A stretch of 64,000 nt of DNA, taken from Haliotis rubra (Eukaryota). A program made the position numbers and the translations under genes. Each line of letters starts with the position of its first letter. Within the stretch, counting starts at the first letter, position 1. Below, piece by piece: positions 23,553 through 37,356 of the stretch. Under the pieces are notes generated by a model. The model was not told the DNA's origin, did no database searches, and worked only from the letters and a program-made list of their open reading frames with translations. The DNA is taken from contig NW_025767298.1 of NCBI RefSeq assembly GCF_003918875.1, forward strand, positions 558,001 through 622,000, given 5' to 3'.

Positions 23553-26500
23553 TTGAGGTCGCTTTGAGTTTTTTGACGTATGTGCTGAGCATTTCTAAGA
23601 TGCTTTGAAATTGACGAGCTGGCTTAGCAAATATTTTTCTGTTGAGGGCACATACGTGGCATCTTCGGGTGCACTGTAAGGTCCAGCTCCTTGCTTAGAA
23701 CCTTCAAGGACACTCACTTTGTGTCTAAGTATAAGGTTGTAGATTTAATGTATTTGGTAGCCATATAAGTAGATGCTTCCAGACATAAAATGTCCTTCAA
23801 ATGATAAATGTGGAAAATTTGGTCGATCGGAGTAAAACCTCACTCACTCATTTGGTTTAGAATTTGTCGTCAGCATCACCATAATTGTTGCTAGAGGCAT
23901 CTGACGGGATCGGCTGGTTAGGCTCCCGTAGCTGCTGCATGTCATCTAGTCGACTATTGCTGACTGTTGCGTTAAACAATGACTAAAGCAACAAAACTGT
24001 TACCTTGGTGTGCTATAGATATGGATCGAAGCGTGTGGCTACGCCCTTCACTCCATGGGCACCAGCACTGGCATCGCCAACACCATTTCCAGTCACAATC
24101 AGCGAAACAGTAACTGCTACAGGTATAGGGAACAGGTTTTTTAACATTACAATTTTGTCTCGGGATTTACACATCGAATTTTTCGCTTGACAGTGTCGAT
24201 TTCCTTAAAACGTTTTTGAAAACATTTGAGGCATTACTGATTTTCTCACGAAGTAATCATGGAATTTTGTACCACTCAGCTTCATCGTTTGATGAATTGC
24301 TACAAATGATCAAGAAATTCTCAAGTATCGAAGGAAGCACTCTTAGACTCTTAAGGTATTTCCTTGAAACAAGAACATCAGACAGAGAAGCATAATAACA
24401 AGGAAATTTGTATTTCGCAAATTTTGGTTACTCTCTAAAAAGACTCACACGGGTGGCTTTCTTGTTTTAAGAATTGCTACAAATGATCGGTAAAATTCAG
24501 CGCTCTTAAATCCATAACATGTGTCTATGGGAGGAAGATGATACAGACAGAGAAAACACAATCATAAAGAATATTTTTCACGGTTTTGTTACTCTAAACG
24601 GTCACTGCTCCATGCTCTAGATTGGTGTTCCTCCCATGATTCATAAAGATTTCGTAGGCCTTCATTGAATATTGTTTTCCAAATTCCCAGAGTGGCGATG
24701 GTTTTGTGTATCGTGGACCCCCTGATCACCATCTTCTGTGGACTGTCCATGTTCACGGTGTTGGGGCACATGGCGCACGTGACCGGGTCCAACATGGATG
24801 ACTTTCAGTCGTCAGGTATAATTATGGGGTAACTATAACAGTAATCTGAGGCACAGTATCACAGTGGACTAGCGCTGATAATGAGTGAGTGAGTCGAGTT
24901 TTACGCCGCACTCAGCATTATTCCAGCTATATGGCGGCGGTCTGTAAATAATCGAGTCTGGACCAGACAATTCAGTGATCAACAGCATGAGCATCGATCT
25001 GCGCAATGGGGAACCGATGACATGTGTCAACCAAGTCAGCGGGCCTGACCACCCGATCCCGGCGCTAATAATGAACGTAGCCACAATCTGGACGTTTCTG
25101 ATTAATCTTATTTCCCAATTTGCCAATAATTTAAGTCATGATGCGTTCTAATTCCCACAGGGACTACCGATGTTAGTTCGTTGTAATCGTAGTTCTATAT
25201 ATGAATTTTGAGTTAAATATGCAATATGTGGCCGGGACCAAACAGTTCGTTATTACCCTGTTTGTTACAGTTTTATCACTATATCTGATTTTGGTATATT
25301 TGTTAATGATGCACCACTTCAGCTTACAAAGAATCTCACCCGAGAAATATATGATATATATGAAAAGTTGATGCTTGTTTTTACACTGTTATGGACGAGT
25401 TTTGACATATAAAAGACACTTTTTGACATTGTATTCATCATCTAACATTAGACTTGTTTGTCAGTTTGTAAAAAAAGGAACAGGCAGTGATCTCACCCAA
25501 ACGAAATTAAGATTGAGGCCTGTTTATGTATCACGTATAGTTTCGGTGTTACACAGATATATATGTTCTGATGATCCCACTCATTTTCCACTCCAGGTCT
25601 TAATCTGGCGTTCTCAGTGTTACCGGAAGCAGTGACTTATCTCCCCTTGTCCCAGTTATGGTCTGTGCTGGTTTTCCTCATGATGATGACGTTGGGCCTT
25701 GATACGACGGTATATAAAGTTGTTTGTAGCAAATCATACACAAGACGAAATGGATGCCCAGCGACCTGTGCTTGTCGTACGAGGCAACCAAATGGATCAC
25801 GTGATCAGACTCAGTGACTTTGTTCAGTGCATGGAACAATACTCAAACTATCAATGGCGATTTGTTGCAATCTTTCCGGTGTGTGGTAGAACGCTCTCGA
25901 CCATTTGCATATCACTGTTTCAAACGTCTGGCATCTTGTATCCCTTGCCCAACTGTCATCAAAGACGTTTGCAGTGTGGAGTTGAATCAGTTTCACGAAT
26001 GCCAATGCATCTGTCAAATTTTGGGGTTGTTAAACAAGGTTTTGAATGAACGTTAATTTTATATTGAACCCACTATTTTCTTTCTTGATCGTGTACACTG
26101 CAACCAAACACACAACCAGGCAGTATATCTTTACAAGCATCAAAGTTACTGGGTATTCTCTGTTTATTAAAATGAACAATGTGGCTATCGTTTTATTGGT
26201 TTATTTTCAATATTTCAATTCCAATACATATTTGAAAAGGGGCGGTTGGGTAACTCCTGGATACAGCGTACCCTCATCACCCGGGTGATGCCCATTTGTG
26301 GTGTCCCCCATCGTAATATGGATGGAATATTGCTACAAAACACCAGTACTAACGTATTTGTGCCAACCAGCAATCCTCCTTTCGTTGCAGGTTCCGAGTT
26401 TAGAGATCACTCAAGAGACACTAGCTGATCAGTTCCCGTCACTGGCCAAGCGTCGGTGGCTTCTTCTCCTCATCGTGTTCCTTCCTTCTGGCTCTTCCTT

Positions 26501-26646
26501 ACACTACACAGGTACGATGAAATAGCGTCCACTGAAGGAGAAGAAGCCTTGTTTTGCTAAAGAACGAGAGTTACGTTGTCGTTTCAAGCGTTTGGAAGTT
26601 CTTACACTGAATGTTTCACAAGGCGATCTGTAATCTGTAATCGGAA

Positions 26647-26950
26647 TTACGATCACCTCAGCGCTACGACTGCAGTAAGTCTATGTTAAAATATGGGAGT
26701 TACGATCACCTTAGCGCTACGACTGCAATAAGTCTATGTTAAAGTATGGGAGTTACGATCACCTCAGCGCTACGACTGCAGTAAGTCTATGTTAAAGTAT
26801 GGGAATTACGATCACCTCAGCGCTACGACTGCAGTAAGTGTATGTTAAAGTATGGGAGTTACGATCACCTCAGCGCTACGACTGCAGTAAGTCTATGTTA
26901 AAGTATGGGAATTAAGATCACCTTAGCGCTACGACTGCCGCAAGTCTATA
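26647..26950 (+). repeat. 53-bp minisatellite, about 6 copies, inside a palindromic MITE
   Basis: Unit ttacgatcacctcagcgctacgactgcagtaagtctatgttaaagtatgggag starts at 26647, 26700, 26753, 26806, 26859 and 26912. MITE arms are tttcacaaggcgatc (~26613) and gtcgctttgtgaaacgggaccctg (~28083-28106). Confidence 0.9.
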
Positions 26951-26954
26951 TCAA

Positions 26955-28046
26955 ATGTCACATGCAACCAACAAAACCAAACATAATTAAAACACAATTA
27001 TCACTTATTCACGACATATCATATACATTACTGATTGTGAAAAAACAAATAAACAAAATTGTAAGCGTGCAATCACTCTACATGCTCTCTGCATTTGCGT
27101 TCGATCCAATCAACAAATACTGAGATATGAACTACTGCGTGGCTGGAAACTGTCGTTGGTCCAAGTACAAAGCAGGACTTGAAACTGACAATCTGAGTTT
27201 GCACCGGTTTCCGTCGGATCCAGTCATCCGAGAAAAACGGATGCAGTTTGTTTGCAACCCACAGACATAATAACATGTCATGTGTACAAGTATCACACCT
27301 GCCTGTCTGTGTAATTACATAATGTGACAGAGACAGAACTCGGGTGCACGAGCCATAAATCAATGTACATATATTTTGTTTATGGTGTATATCCTGATAG
27401 GTGTTAAGTTCAAATTGCATGTGATCAATGATTGAAGTTGTGTATTGCATATTGTCATTAGCAGACAGGCAGGCAGACACATAGGTGTCAATAAAACAGA
27501 CATTGAGTTTTGTCTGTGACAGAGACCGCTTATCACAATCAACATATTTTTCTGTTTCCATAGACATGTATTAAAACATTTCATTTTTTAACAATGAAAT
27601 TATTATTTCTAATGCTACACTTTCTTGAAAACTTGGTTTGCAAATCTGCAGCCAAGTATGGGACCAGTGTATTGTTATTACTGCAGACCCAAGATGCTAA
27701 TAATTACAAGAAACATCTTTTGTTCTCCAACTTCGACCACTGCGATAATCCTTGCACGCATCACTTGCTGTGTTTTTACGAGTCGCCTTCCCGGTTCAAG
27801 CCGCGCGAATCTAATCACTGCGCATGCGCTATGGGTGCAGCGCAGCACAACTGTTGAAACCACTTTTCACCCCAGCGCTGGGTTGAAATTAGTGAATCGT
27901 TTGAATTACGAGTATGCGGGTTTTTTTTCATTCCTTTATTTTTCAACTTTATAAGTTGAATTTTCATTTTTTATAATTTGTTACTGTAAGTCCATACCGA
28001 AATGTATCAGAATCTGCAAAGTTGTGTTTTGAGTTGCATGTGACCT
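26955..28046 (+). mobile_element. Non-autonomous Kolobok-like DNA transposon with a THAP-domain remnant
   Basis: TIRs a(t)gtcacatgcaac / gttgcatgtgacct, inserted at the TTAA of a minisatellite unit (flanks now TCAA and TTTA). 27127-27270 encodes MNYCVAGNC..SLHRFPSDPVIREKRMQFV, a THAP N-terminus. Confidence 0.7.
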
Positions 28047-31000
28047 TTTAAGTATGGGAGTCACGATCATATTAGCGCTATGGTCGCTTTGTGAAACGGG
28101 ACCCTGGGCGTAGATTTTCGAAGCACTCTTAAGTTAATGTTAATGTATGACACTTACGACTATCATAGCGCTAAGAGAGCGAAAATCTAGGGCCTGGTGT
28201 ATATAACCGAAAGGTTGGGTGAGGATAACTGGGTTCCAAAGTCGCGATAATAGCATTCATTTAGCACCACCTGATTCAAAAGACATTTTAAATACACCAT
28301 ACGCTAGTCAACTGGATTACGCCTGTAAAGTACGTGTTGGTTTAGTTATACGTTCTGTGTTGGAAAAATAAGATTAATGTTAGACCAAATTCATAGCCTC
28401 CAAATTTTATTTGAAACCATTTCATTTTCATTTCCTGGCAGAAAGCAGGATGTTGATTGTTCAGTGTTGACATGTACCTTTTGAATGATGCATCGGGGCA
28501 TGTGGGAATATAAGTGGCATAAATACGAGTTTCGCTAGATCATTTTCATTCCAAACCCCCTGAATGATTATTCTCTATACCCACATAGTCTGATTCGATG
28601 ACAAATGAATTGATGGTCGACAAAAACGTGTGAGCAATTATCTTCGCAACCGATATACGATGGTGATGTGTTAATCATGTCAGCGAGTCTGACCAAGATC
28701 CCGTTAGTCGCCTCTTACGACAAGCACGGGTTGTTGACGACCAATTCTAACCCAGATATTCTTAGTTTGGTTTATCACCTCGTCAAACATTATTGCAGTT
28801 AATGTGTCAGCTGTGCGTTGGTGGTCAAGCAGAAGTTGTGCGGCAGTGTTGTGTTCGTGAGCAGTGAAGCGGTCATAAAATCATTTTCAGTCCAAATTCA
28901 ATGTGACTAATTTAATAATTGTCCAATCAAATTCGAGTATTTCACGGACTCATGGTAAAATGCAAACTGATTAATTCTTTAAAATCAGAATATTCGTGTT
29001 AAGAAAAAAACTCTTCCAATCAAGATAATATGCCTTGAATTTTAGAAATAGTGAGTGAGTGATTGAGTTACTTGGTCACTCACCTGACGAAAGGGCAAGG
29101 AAAAGCCCAGAAACGTTGTGTATAGAAGAAGTTGATATCCATAATATTCCGTCTTATACTTGAGTTTTAAGTCCTATCGGCATTATATCAGCCCTACAGT
29201 TTAAAACTAAGTATTGTATTTGATGTTTTCATGTATATTTTCATTTTATTCTTGATTTAATGTGAGTGTCGCGTCTTCGTGTTTACTACTGTCGTCTCAG
29301 GGTCACGTGTGGCTCAGTTGTCCGAGGCACCACTAGTTGGTTGGTTGGTTTTATAGTTTTAGGGCTACATGGGTCAATAAGAGGCCTATTTGCGCCCAAC
29401 ACATTGACTTGAGTTAATAAAACATCACAGGTAATATTCATTTAGATAGACGTATACATATATCGAATAACCTCTGCTTCGTGTTACGGATTAAAAACCT
29501 TAAGTAATCACTTCCATTTCTGAAACATGAAATACTTATTCATTAAAAAATCATTAGGTTAAGGTGACAGCGCGCTAGAAAGATTTAAAATCACAGAACT
29601 AAATCTGTCTAAGCCACTTGAGAGCCTGTCTAGATTACATCATATTTTCCAGATGACGAGACAAAATCTCAAACTGCCCGTTGAACGGACCCGTACATGA
29701 TATTGGGGCCCTGAAGAAAATATATCATCAACCTCAAGTACAGCACTTCTGAGATTATGTCTTATGTTATTATGCCCAGGGCATGTAATGCGCCACTATA
29801 CGCTGTACACAGTTACCTCCCTTGGACACTCCAGAATCCAGGCCTCGATTGTGTTTTTAGTTTTGTCACAACATACCCGTAGGTTTCACCCGAGTTGTAA
29901 ACACCTGGGTCCTGCGTCACCTCACACGACTAACGGGATCGGGTGGTCAGACTCGCTAACAGGGTTAGCACATCGTCATCGTATATCGGCTGCTTTGACG
30001 CTGTTCACACTGTTGATCACTGCGCTGTCTGGTCCAGACTCAATTATTTACAGACCGACGTCACATAGCTGGAATATTTCTAAGTGTGACATTAAAGAAC
30101 TGAACAGTTAAACCAAATTCCCAAATATTTATTTTGGTTAAACATCACGCCTCATGTTCGCTGTTCTTCCACTAGGCTGGTATCTACGTCCTGACCCTCG
30201 TGGACTGGTATGCGTCGGTGCCCCCTGTGATGCTGTTTGGGGTGGTAGAGTGTCTGGTCCTGGCCTGGGTGTTTGGTAAATATCTGCTTCAGTGCATGCT
30301 GATTCCCTGCGTAGATCGATGCTCATGCTGTTGATCACTGGATTGTCTAGTCCAGACTTAATTATTTACAGATATAGCTGTAATAACCGACCAACTTATT
30401 CCCAGTAAGAATACGTGTTGCATACAGGAAATTAGGATTACGGGGGACATCACCCTTAACTGTTACAAAAGAGAGGGACCTGACACCAAGCAGGGTGGGC
30501 ATCACATATTGACTAAAGATAGGTATTTACTGTAATGTTGATGCAGTCACAACAATGCTTAACTATTCACATGAGTTTTCCTACGTGGCCTTTAGCTCAA
30601 CACTTGTGAAATAAATGTCTCTTTTTCTTAGCTTTCCTTGCTGCAACGGCAGCATCATAAGGAAATTCCTTAGATCTGGGTTCCCTCAATTTGGATTGTA
30701 GAATTGGGCCGTTGACGACAAACAGAACAACCAGAAAACGATTGATGTCCTGTGAATACATACGTGTATAACGAGACAGGTACGTTGCAGGTGTATGGAG
30801 ACTGGATAAGTGTACGGTGGAGATGTACGGACAGACTATTCCAAGATGGCTGATCTTCCTCATGAAGTACATCACACCTGGACTTCTCATGGTAATACCA
30901 TTATCGCTATTCTTAGTGTGAGTGAGTGAGCTGGGTTTAGCGTCATTTTAAGTTTGTCAGTTTGATAATACAGTGTTGTGATGGGAAAGGCCGAAATGAT

Positions 31001-32267
31001 TAGGTCTGATGTATTCTCAGAGGCAAACGTTATTGTGACATGGAAGTTTGTCTTTGGTAAGCTTGTGAATGATTTTATGGATTTGAACCCGAGAAAGAGT
31101 GTGCTAAAATGGTCGAAGAAACGCATCCAATCAGTTGTTCGAATTTTGCAAGACGCAAGACATATTCAAGACAAATGGCCATCAATGGTTACATGAAATG
31201 ACCTAACAACCAGACGCGTATCACTTCTGCTCAATGCTACCTTAAGAAATGCAGAAATCAGACAAACATATCAATATTCAGTCAGTCGGACGTTGCTCGT
31301 CGGTGCAACTTCCACAGAAAAAATATTTGGCTCTCATCACTTTAAGAGCGGATGTAGAGTCCGAACCTTTCATCACAGAATCTTACACAGAGCATCCCTA
31401 TAGTCTGTTCTAATTAGATTCGTGAAGTTCCGGGTTCGAATTGGTCCTCAGTAACCCATGCTTCGGTATTTGACTAACGGGATCGGGTGGTCAGGCTCGC
31501 TGAATTGGTTGACCCATGTCATCGTATCCCAATTGCGTAGATCGATGCTCATGTTGCTGATCACTGGATCGTTTGGTCCAGACTCGGTTACTTACAGACC
31601 GCCGCCATATAGCTGGAATATTGCTGAGTGTATTGTTAAACAACAACCTATCAATCAAACTGTTCTAATTAATAAATCTGGCCCAAAATTGCAGCCAAGG
31701 GTACCTAGTGGTTAAAGTGTTCTCTCATCAAGCACATTCCCCACATGGGTACAATGTGTGACAGCTATTTCTGGTCTTCCCACCGTGATAATGCTGGAAC
31801 ATTGCTAAAGGCGGCGTAAAACTCATCGTTATGTTCCAAACAGGGAATCTGTTTGAAAAACACTTCTGCATGGTGGCAAATCAAAATCAAAATCCGGTAT
31901 AGTCAGCCCCACACATATAAGTTATCCATTACATAGTTCTGTATGTATCCTTGCCGATTGAAAAGTACGATACAAATCTTCACAGGGTACAGCTGTACGT
32001 ATGCATTAATACATTACTTCCAGGTTATATTTGGGTACGCCTTCTACGAATACCGGCCTCCAAAATATGGCACTTACTTCTATCCTGAGTGGGCAACCGC
32101 TATTGGTTGGCTTATATCGGCGTTCATGATTGTGCCGACGCCTTGTTGGATGGTGTACTGTGTATGGAAGTCCAGAGGGGACACATTCAAACAGGTAACT
32201 CAAACTGTGATCCTTATGACCGACTGAGTTAGTCAGCCAGTAAGTGTGTTTTAGTTTGATATGTGTG

Positions 32268-32312
32268 CGAGTATGTGTGCGTGTGCGTGTGCGTGTGCGT
32301 GTGCGTGTGTAT
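32268..32312. repeat. (GTGTGC)n microsatellite
   Basis: Directly visible. Confidence 0.9.
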
Positions 32313-32785
32313 GTTTGGGTGGAGTTGGAGGAATGTTTGTGTGTTGAGTGCATCGAGAGTGAGTGAGACATTCAATGAGAATTCTAGAACCGGATTGTAG
32401 ATGTGTCCACTACATAAGGCAATCTGCTGATATGAACACAAACCATAGCCCTGCAAGCCAACATCGAAAGAAACGTTGTCATATGAAACACCTAAAGTCA
32501 TAGCTTCCGTTCAATAACCCATTCGTATAGAATATAGAATTTATTTTTGCGTGTATTATTCAATCTTTTCTTTCCAGAAACTGGTGAACGCATTCATTCC
32601 GCAAGATATATCGTCGGATGTATCACTAGAAGACAGAGGTGAAGAACAAGAAGCCCTGAACGTTGTCATGTAATCTCCTGTTCCGTGTCACCAATTTCTA
32701 TTACCCAGCGTGATACATTTTCATTCTACTGTGATCGATACACTGGACTCGTTTGTGGACATATTCTCGTTCACAAAGTGCTGTA

Positions 32786-33813
32786 CGGGGGACGTCCCAA
32801 AAGTTTCCGGCCTGCCTAATACGTATTTTTCAACATAATCCCCTTCACTTAAATGGACTTGTTCCACCTTTTCTCCAGCATATTTAACCCGTCTGAAAAC
32901 CATTGTTTGTCTCGAGAACCTAAAACTCCACACAAAACAGCGATGACCTCCTCATCCGCCTCACATTTGCGACCCTGCGGACGTATTCGAGATGAGGGAA
33001 GAGGCAGAAGTCAGAAGGGGCTAGATCTGAAGAATAACCTGGGTGAGGGAGGATTTTGACGCCAGAGTCCTGTGTAGCACTCAATGCCACTTGGGCCGTG
33101 TGAACTGGAGCATTGTCCCGGAGGAGCCAGACACCACAGCCCTTTTCTCTCGCAACCTACGGAATTCATCAGCGTAATATGCATCATTTATTGTGGAACC
33201 CTTCTTTAGATAGTCTATCATGATTACGCCCTCAGAGTCCCAGAAAACGGAGGCCATGACTTTGCCACTGGAAAACGTTCCTTTAAACTTTTTTGGGCAT
33301 TGGTGACGTCACGTGTTTCCACTGCATACTTCGACTTTTTGTCTCTGGGTCAAAGTGATGAACCCAGATTTCATCCTGAGTAACAATATGGCCCATGAAA
33401 GCACGTGGATCTCTCCGATAGTCCTTAAGAAGCTGACGTTTGTGTTCTTCAGATAACATTCTGGGCGACCAGACTGTGGTTCGTATTCAGTGCTGCTCCT
33501 GCCCCTTGTTAATTCAGCACACCACTGTTTGACCATACTACATGGAGCGTTGTCACCTAATGTTTGTGTCATGTGTCGTAAACCTTTTTAAATGAATATA
33601 CTCAAAAACAGTCCTGCATTCGATTCTCTCCATTTTGAGAGCAAATAATAGTGTCATGCTGTTTGACAATTATATATGGCAAATCATAGCACATGGAAGA
33701 CATGTTTTGCACGTCGAGCACCTGCTGAGATACTGTTCTAGAAACATGGCGAGTTTTGTTGAGTTTGTGCGATCCGTTCATGGTGAGGCCGGAAACTTTT
33801 GGAACACCCCTCG
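32786..33813 (-). mobile_element. Decayed mariner (DD34D-type) element
   Basis: TA|CGGGGGACGTCCCAAAAGTTTCCGGCCT ... AGGCCGGAAACTTTTGGAACACCCCTCG|TA TIRs. Minus-strand remnants DEIWVHHFDPETK, KVMASVFWDSEGVIMIDYL, DNAP and DLAPSDF.LFP. Confidence 0.85.
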
Positions 33814-35099
33814 TAACCGTATCTCTCATCAGCAACCTTGCTCAGGATGTCCTTCGTTCATTGTTGCAATGTCATTGGCCAGTTATTTTTAGCATCGTCT
33901 ATTAATCAGAGAATTAGAAGCCAGTTGGCGAAAGGGTTTAGAATTTTCATCGTAACAGATTTTTAGTATATTTTGGGGGGTCCAATTCCGTTGAAGGGTC
34001 ACCTAGGTTTATCGTGGTGTCACACACGAGTGAGTGAGATTTAGTGGGTATGGTTTTACGCCCCCTTTTAGCAATATTACAGCAAAATCACGACGGGTGA
34101 AACACAAACAAATGCCACCTTGTTCGCAGTTGACCTTATAACAAATATATTGTCAACAAATATGGCTATATATTATTTCTATGTATCATATCAATCCTCC
34201 ACACATACGCTAAAGCACGTTACAATAAGAAGGAGCTATATTTGAAATGCATATTTGATTCTTGTACACAGCAGAAATTTAAGCATCCTCAAATAAATAT
34301 TATGGACAACCTAAACTGCTCTGGTCAGTTTTCTCGAGGAAATCTAAATGTTTTCTTCATGTGTTTTTCACAGTACATATGGACTGAATTTATTGGGGAA
34401 ATATTTAATTGGTTTAGAAAATATCCAATCCAATGTTATGAAAACCGTTTTTTAATACCTCTGTGAGTGAAGATCCATTTTAGGTTTCTAAAGTATCGAT
34501 ACTATTCAGACAACATGCCTATTAATATGTCAAACACTAATATAATATATGATATCAAAATGCAGAAACATATTAAGCCATGGAGAATCTGCCCCCTGGA
34601 AGGATTTCATTTTGGCGTATGAACATCAGAACGACTTTAAACAAGAACGATAACTCTATTAATGTTTGATTACTCAATATCAAGGAAGCACGCGTATATT
34701 GCATTGCTGTTTTCGTTTTTGGTTTTATTTATTTATGTTAAAGATGTAAACCTCTTTTATCCAACTGAAAGGAGAATAACTTTTGTCAAACACATATTCT
34801 AATGTAATTATTTCCAGCTGTTCACCATATAGTTCCAAATATATATTTCTATATAGGGTTTAAGAATCACAAACGGATTTTGTTTTATTGAATATGCAAA
34901 TAAATAAAACAAATATCAGCTACAATAAATCCCAAAGCCGATAATCAAAAGTGACTTTATAATATTTTTCAAACTGAACATTCGTGAAACCTTGCTGCCA
35001 TACTCCTGGTGGAATTTTAGAATGAATACGCTGAAAAAAATATGAATGACCCAAAAAATGTCAGTGTGAAATACAATAGCTTAATATTTTTTTGCATTT

Positions 35100-35900
35100 T
35101 GATGTCACGAAAGAGTCTCCATTTTAAGAACTGTTAGTTTCGTGATTTCACAGCGACTGACACCATGACGGGACAGAAAGGTGACAGATGTGGCCCTGAC
35201 ATATAGATTTGTGTATATTTCGTTGAAAATTGTGTATTCTGAAATTGATTTCATCATGTTTGATAGGCTGTTGTGACCAAGTGCCTGTGCTGTTACTATA
35301 AGTGGTGTCGGAGCATTTGTTTGGAATTTCTCGTGATCTTTGAATGGGAGCCGTTTTCTGATGGACATATCATCTTCTCCTGTCAAATCCTTACGCTTGT
35401 GGTTGACATTTTCGCCCATGGGCGCGCGAGTGTAAATTTTGAGTTTTCGAAAAAAGTTGTTTTCATTTTGTCATCCTTAGCATATATTCATGACAACTGC
35501 AGGTTTAGTTTTGTCAAATCCCTTGCTAGAAAGTGGCCACAGTGCGGAGAGTTTCTGGTCTTTTGGGTGTCTAGAATTAAACTGTGATATGTTTATATTA
35601 TTCCTCAGTACAGTGTCACGTACCCTTTACTCTTTCCATGCAAGTACAAGGCTTACTGACTCTGATGCAGGGAAACTCAGACTTGGTTAAACAACAACAA
35701 ACCTCATCAAGAGTATCTAGCACCTGACGAAATAGTTTCTCTTTTAAAAACTTGGATCAGAATCTCGGCATCTACGTTGAATATTTTTGGAGAAGAATGC
35801 GGAAGTGAAACATAAATCTTGTTCATTGCATCCTGGGCTATTGTCCACACTGCCAAACCAAGGTCTATCACTGCTTCTCTTCAAACTGGATAAGCTTTGT
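35100..35900 (-). mobile_element. Decayed Crypton-like/DUF3504 tyrosine-recombinase remnant
   Basis: LGHNSLSNMMKSISE....YTNLYVRATSVTFLSRHG...ITKLT resembles the DUF3504 YR C-terminal boxes, with the HxxR histidine lost. Confidence 0.6.
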
Positions 35901-36479
35901 GTATATATGCATCACCACTTTGCATCTACTCGTTGTACGATCTGTGAAGTTCCAGGTTAGAATTGGTCTTCAGGAGCCTATGCTTGTTGTCAGAGGCGAG
36001 TAACGGCATCGGGTGGTCAGGCTCGCTGTCTTGGCTGACACCCCAATGCTTATAATGCTGATCACTGGATTGTCTGGTTCAGACTCCATTACATGTATTA
36101 CTGACCAACACCATATGGCTGGTATATTGCTGAGTGCGGCGTTAAACAACAAACCAACCAACATGTTGTACAGACATGGATTTTCATCATACACTAATGT
36201 GTAAAACGTGAATCATCTGCTGACAAACTCAAGGTAAAGATGCATTCAGAAGTTGCAGCAGTAAGGAAGGAAAACAATACATGGATGAAGAACTTCTATA
36301 TTGCTGTGAGAGCGAAGTTTCAGTGAATGTTTTAACGCCATCAATTGCTTGATAACGGTGTTAGAACCTACACCGAAACGTGGCTCTCGCTTTAGTCAAG
36401 ACGTCGTTCATCCATATACTGTTATCCTTCCTCAAGGTAAAGTCAACTAGGAACTGTTGTTGGATACTTTATTAAGAAT

Positions 36480-36790
36480 GTGGCAGATATGTATCCTAGA
36501 TGGATTCAAAATCATCCGTGGCATAGGAATCATTGCCGCAGTAACTCCTGGGACAAAGGACAAACCCCTTTTCCAGGGTGTTCAACTACCTCAGGAGATG
36601 TCTGGGTTTGACATATTGCTATTCATGTTTTTCTATCAAACAGGCAACAGTGTGCCTGCCTTTGTTTACGATGCAGTCAAGGATGATGTTGATAAAGATC
36701 CATCATGGATTTCTTTAGATGCTCTGCGGAAAGTATCATGGTCATTGCGAACAGCAAGGATTGGATGGTCCAGCATGATGACCCAGGCAT
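36480..36790 (+). mobile_element. Possible fragment of a large DNA-transposon protein (Academ-like)
   Basis: LDG...RGIGIIAAVTP and L.KVSWSLRTARIGWSSMM resemble motifs I recall from large invertebrate transposon ORFs; not verified. Confidence 0.3.
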
Positions 36791-37356
36791 GTGAAACATA
36801 GCATAGCTTTATCATGTCAAGAATATTCAAGTTTCATCGTGTCAAGAATATGACAGCTTTATGATCTCAGCAGTATTAAGGCCTCGTACATGATACTTTA
36901 TCAGTATCAGCACACACTGTAAAAGCTTTATTTCAACAGTTCGTTCTCTTGAAGTTCGTTATTGTTTCTGTTCTGAACCAGAATCCAATACTTTCATCTT
37001 CCTTTCCAAAATCCACCCAAGCCCTTTCCAAAATCCACAAAAAGCCTTTCCAAACTCCACACAAATCAGGTAAATATTAACAAGAAATATTTTCTAAACG
37101 TGAGGTCATTAAACAATTCAGACAATGGCAGAAAAAATCTTAAGGAAACTATGAAATACTGATGGTAAAGTAACAGGGAAAAGCTTCGCGCTGTTCACTG
37201 AGAGCACTGCACAAACACATGTAAAGACAAGTCAAGTGTCCATCGGAACACAATCTCCCTCCACATATCGACCATATTAGATTGTGAAATCTTTACTGAG
37301 GCTTTGCATGTTGCGGGTTCACAAAACGTCCGTAAAAATGTCGTAAGACATGTTTG

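Larger units (their letters stand above)
18221..32673 (+). pseudogene. SLC6/NSS sodium- and chloride-dependent transporter paralog A, frameshifted
   Basis: Exons 18221-18257 (CCACCATG), 18744-18857, 20117-20244, 21153-21447, 21893-22025, 23002-23136, 24019-24122, 24691-24815, 25597-25709, 26391-26511, 30176-30275, 30791-30891, 32024-32194 and 32578-32673 (TAA). Exon 3 is 4 bp shorter and exon 10 is 8 bp shorter than in paralog B, giving a premature TGA at 20239-20241. Confidence 0.88.

Noticed and set aside
20117-26511. Compensation of the 4-bp and 8-bp deletions (net -12) restoring SLC6-A
   Set aside because: The shifted frame stops at 20239-20241, long before the second deletion.
26647-26950. 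CRISPR-like array
   Set aside because: Contiguous tandem units with no unique spacers, no cas genes, and a eukaryotic intron context; the same applies to the 34-bp satellite.
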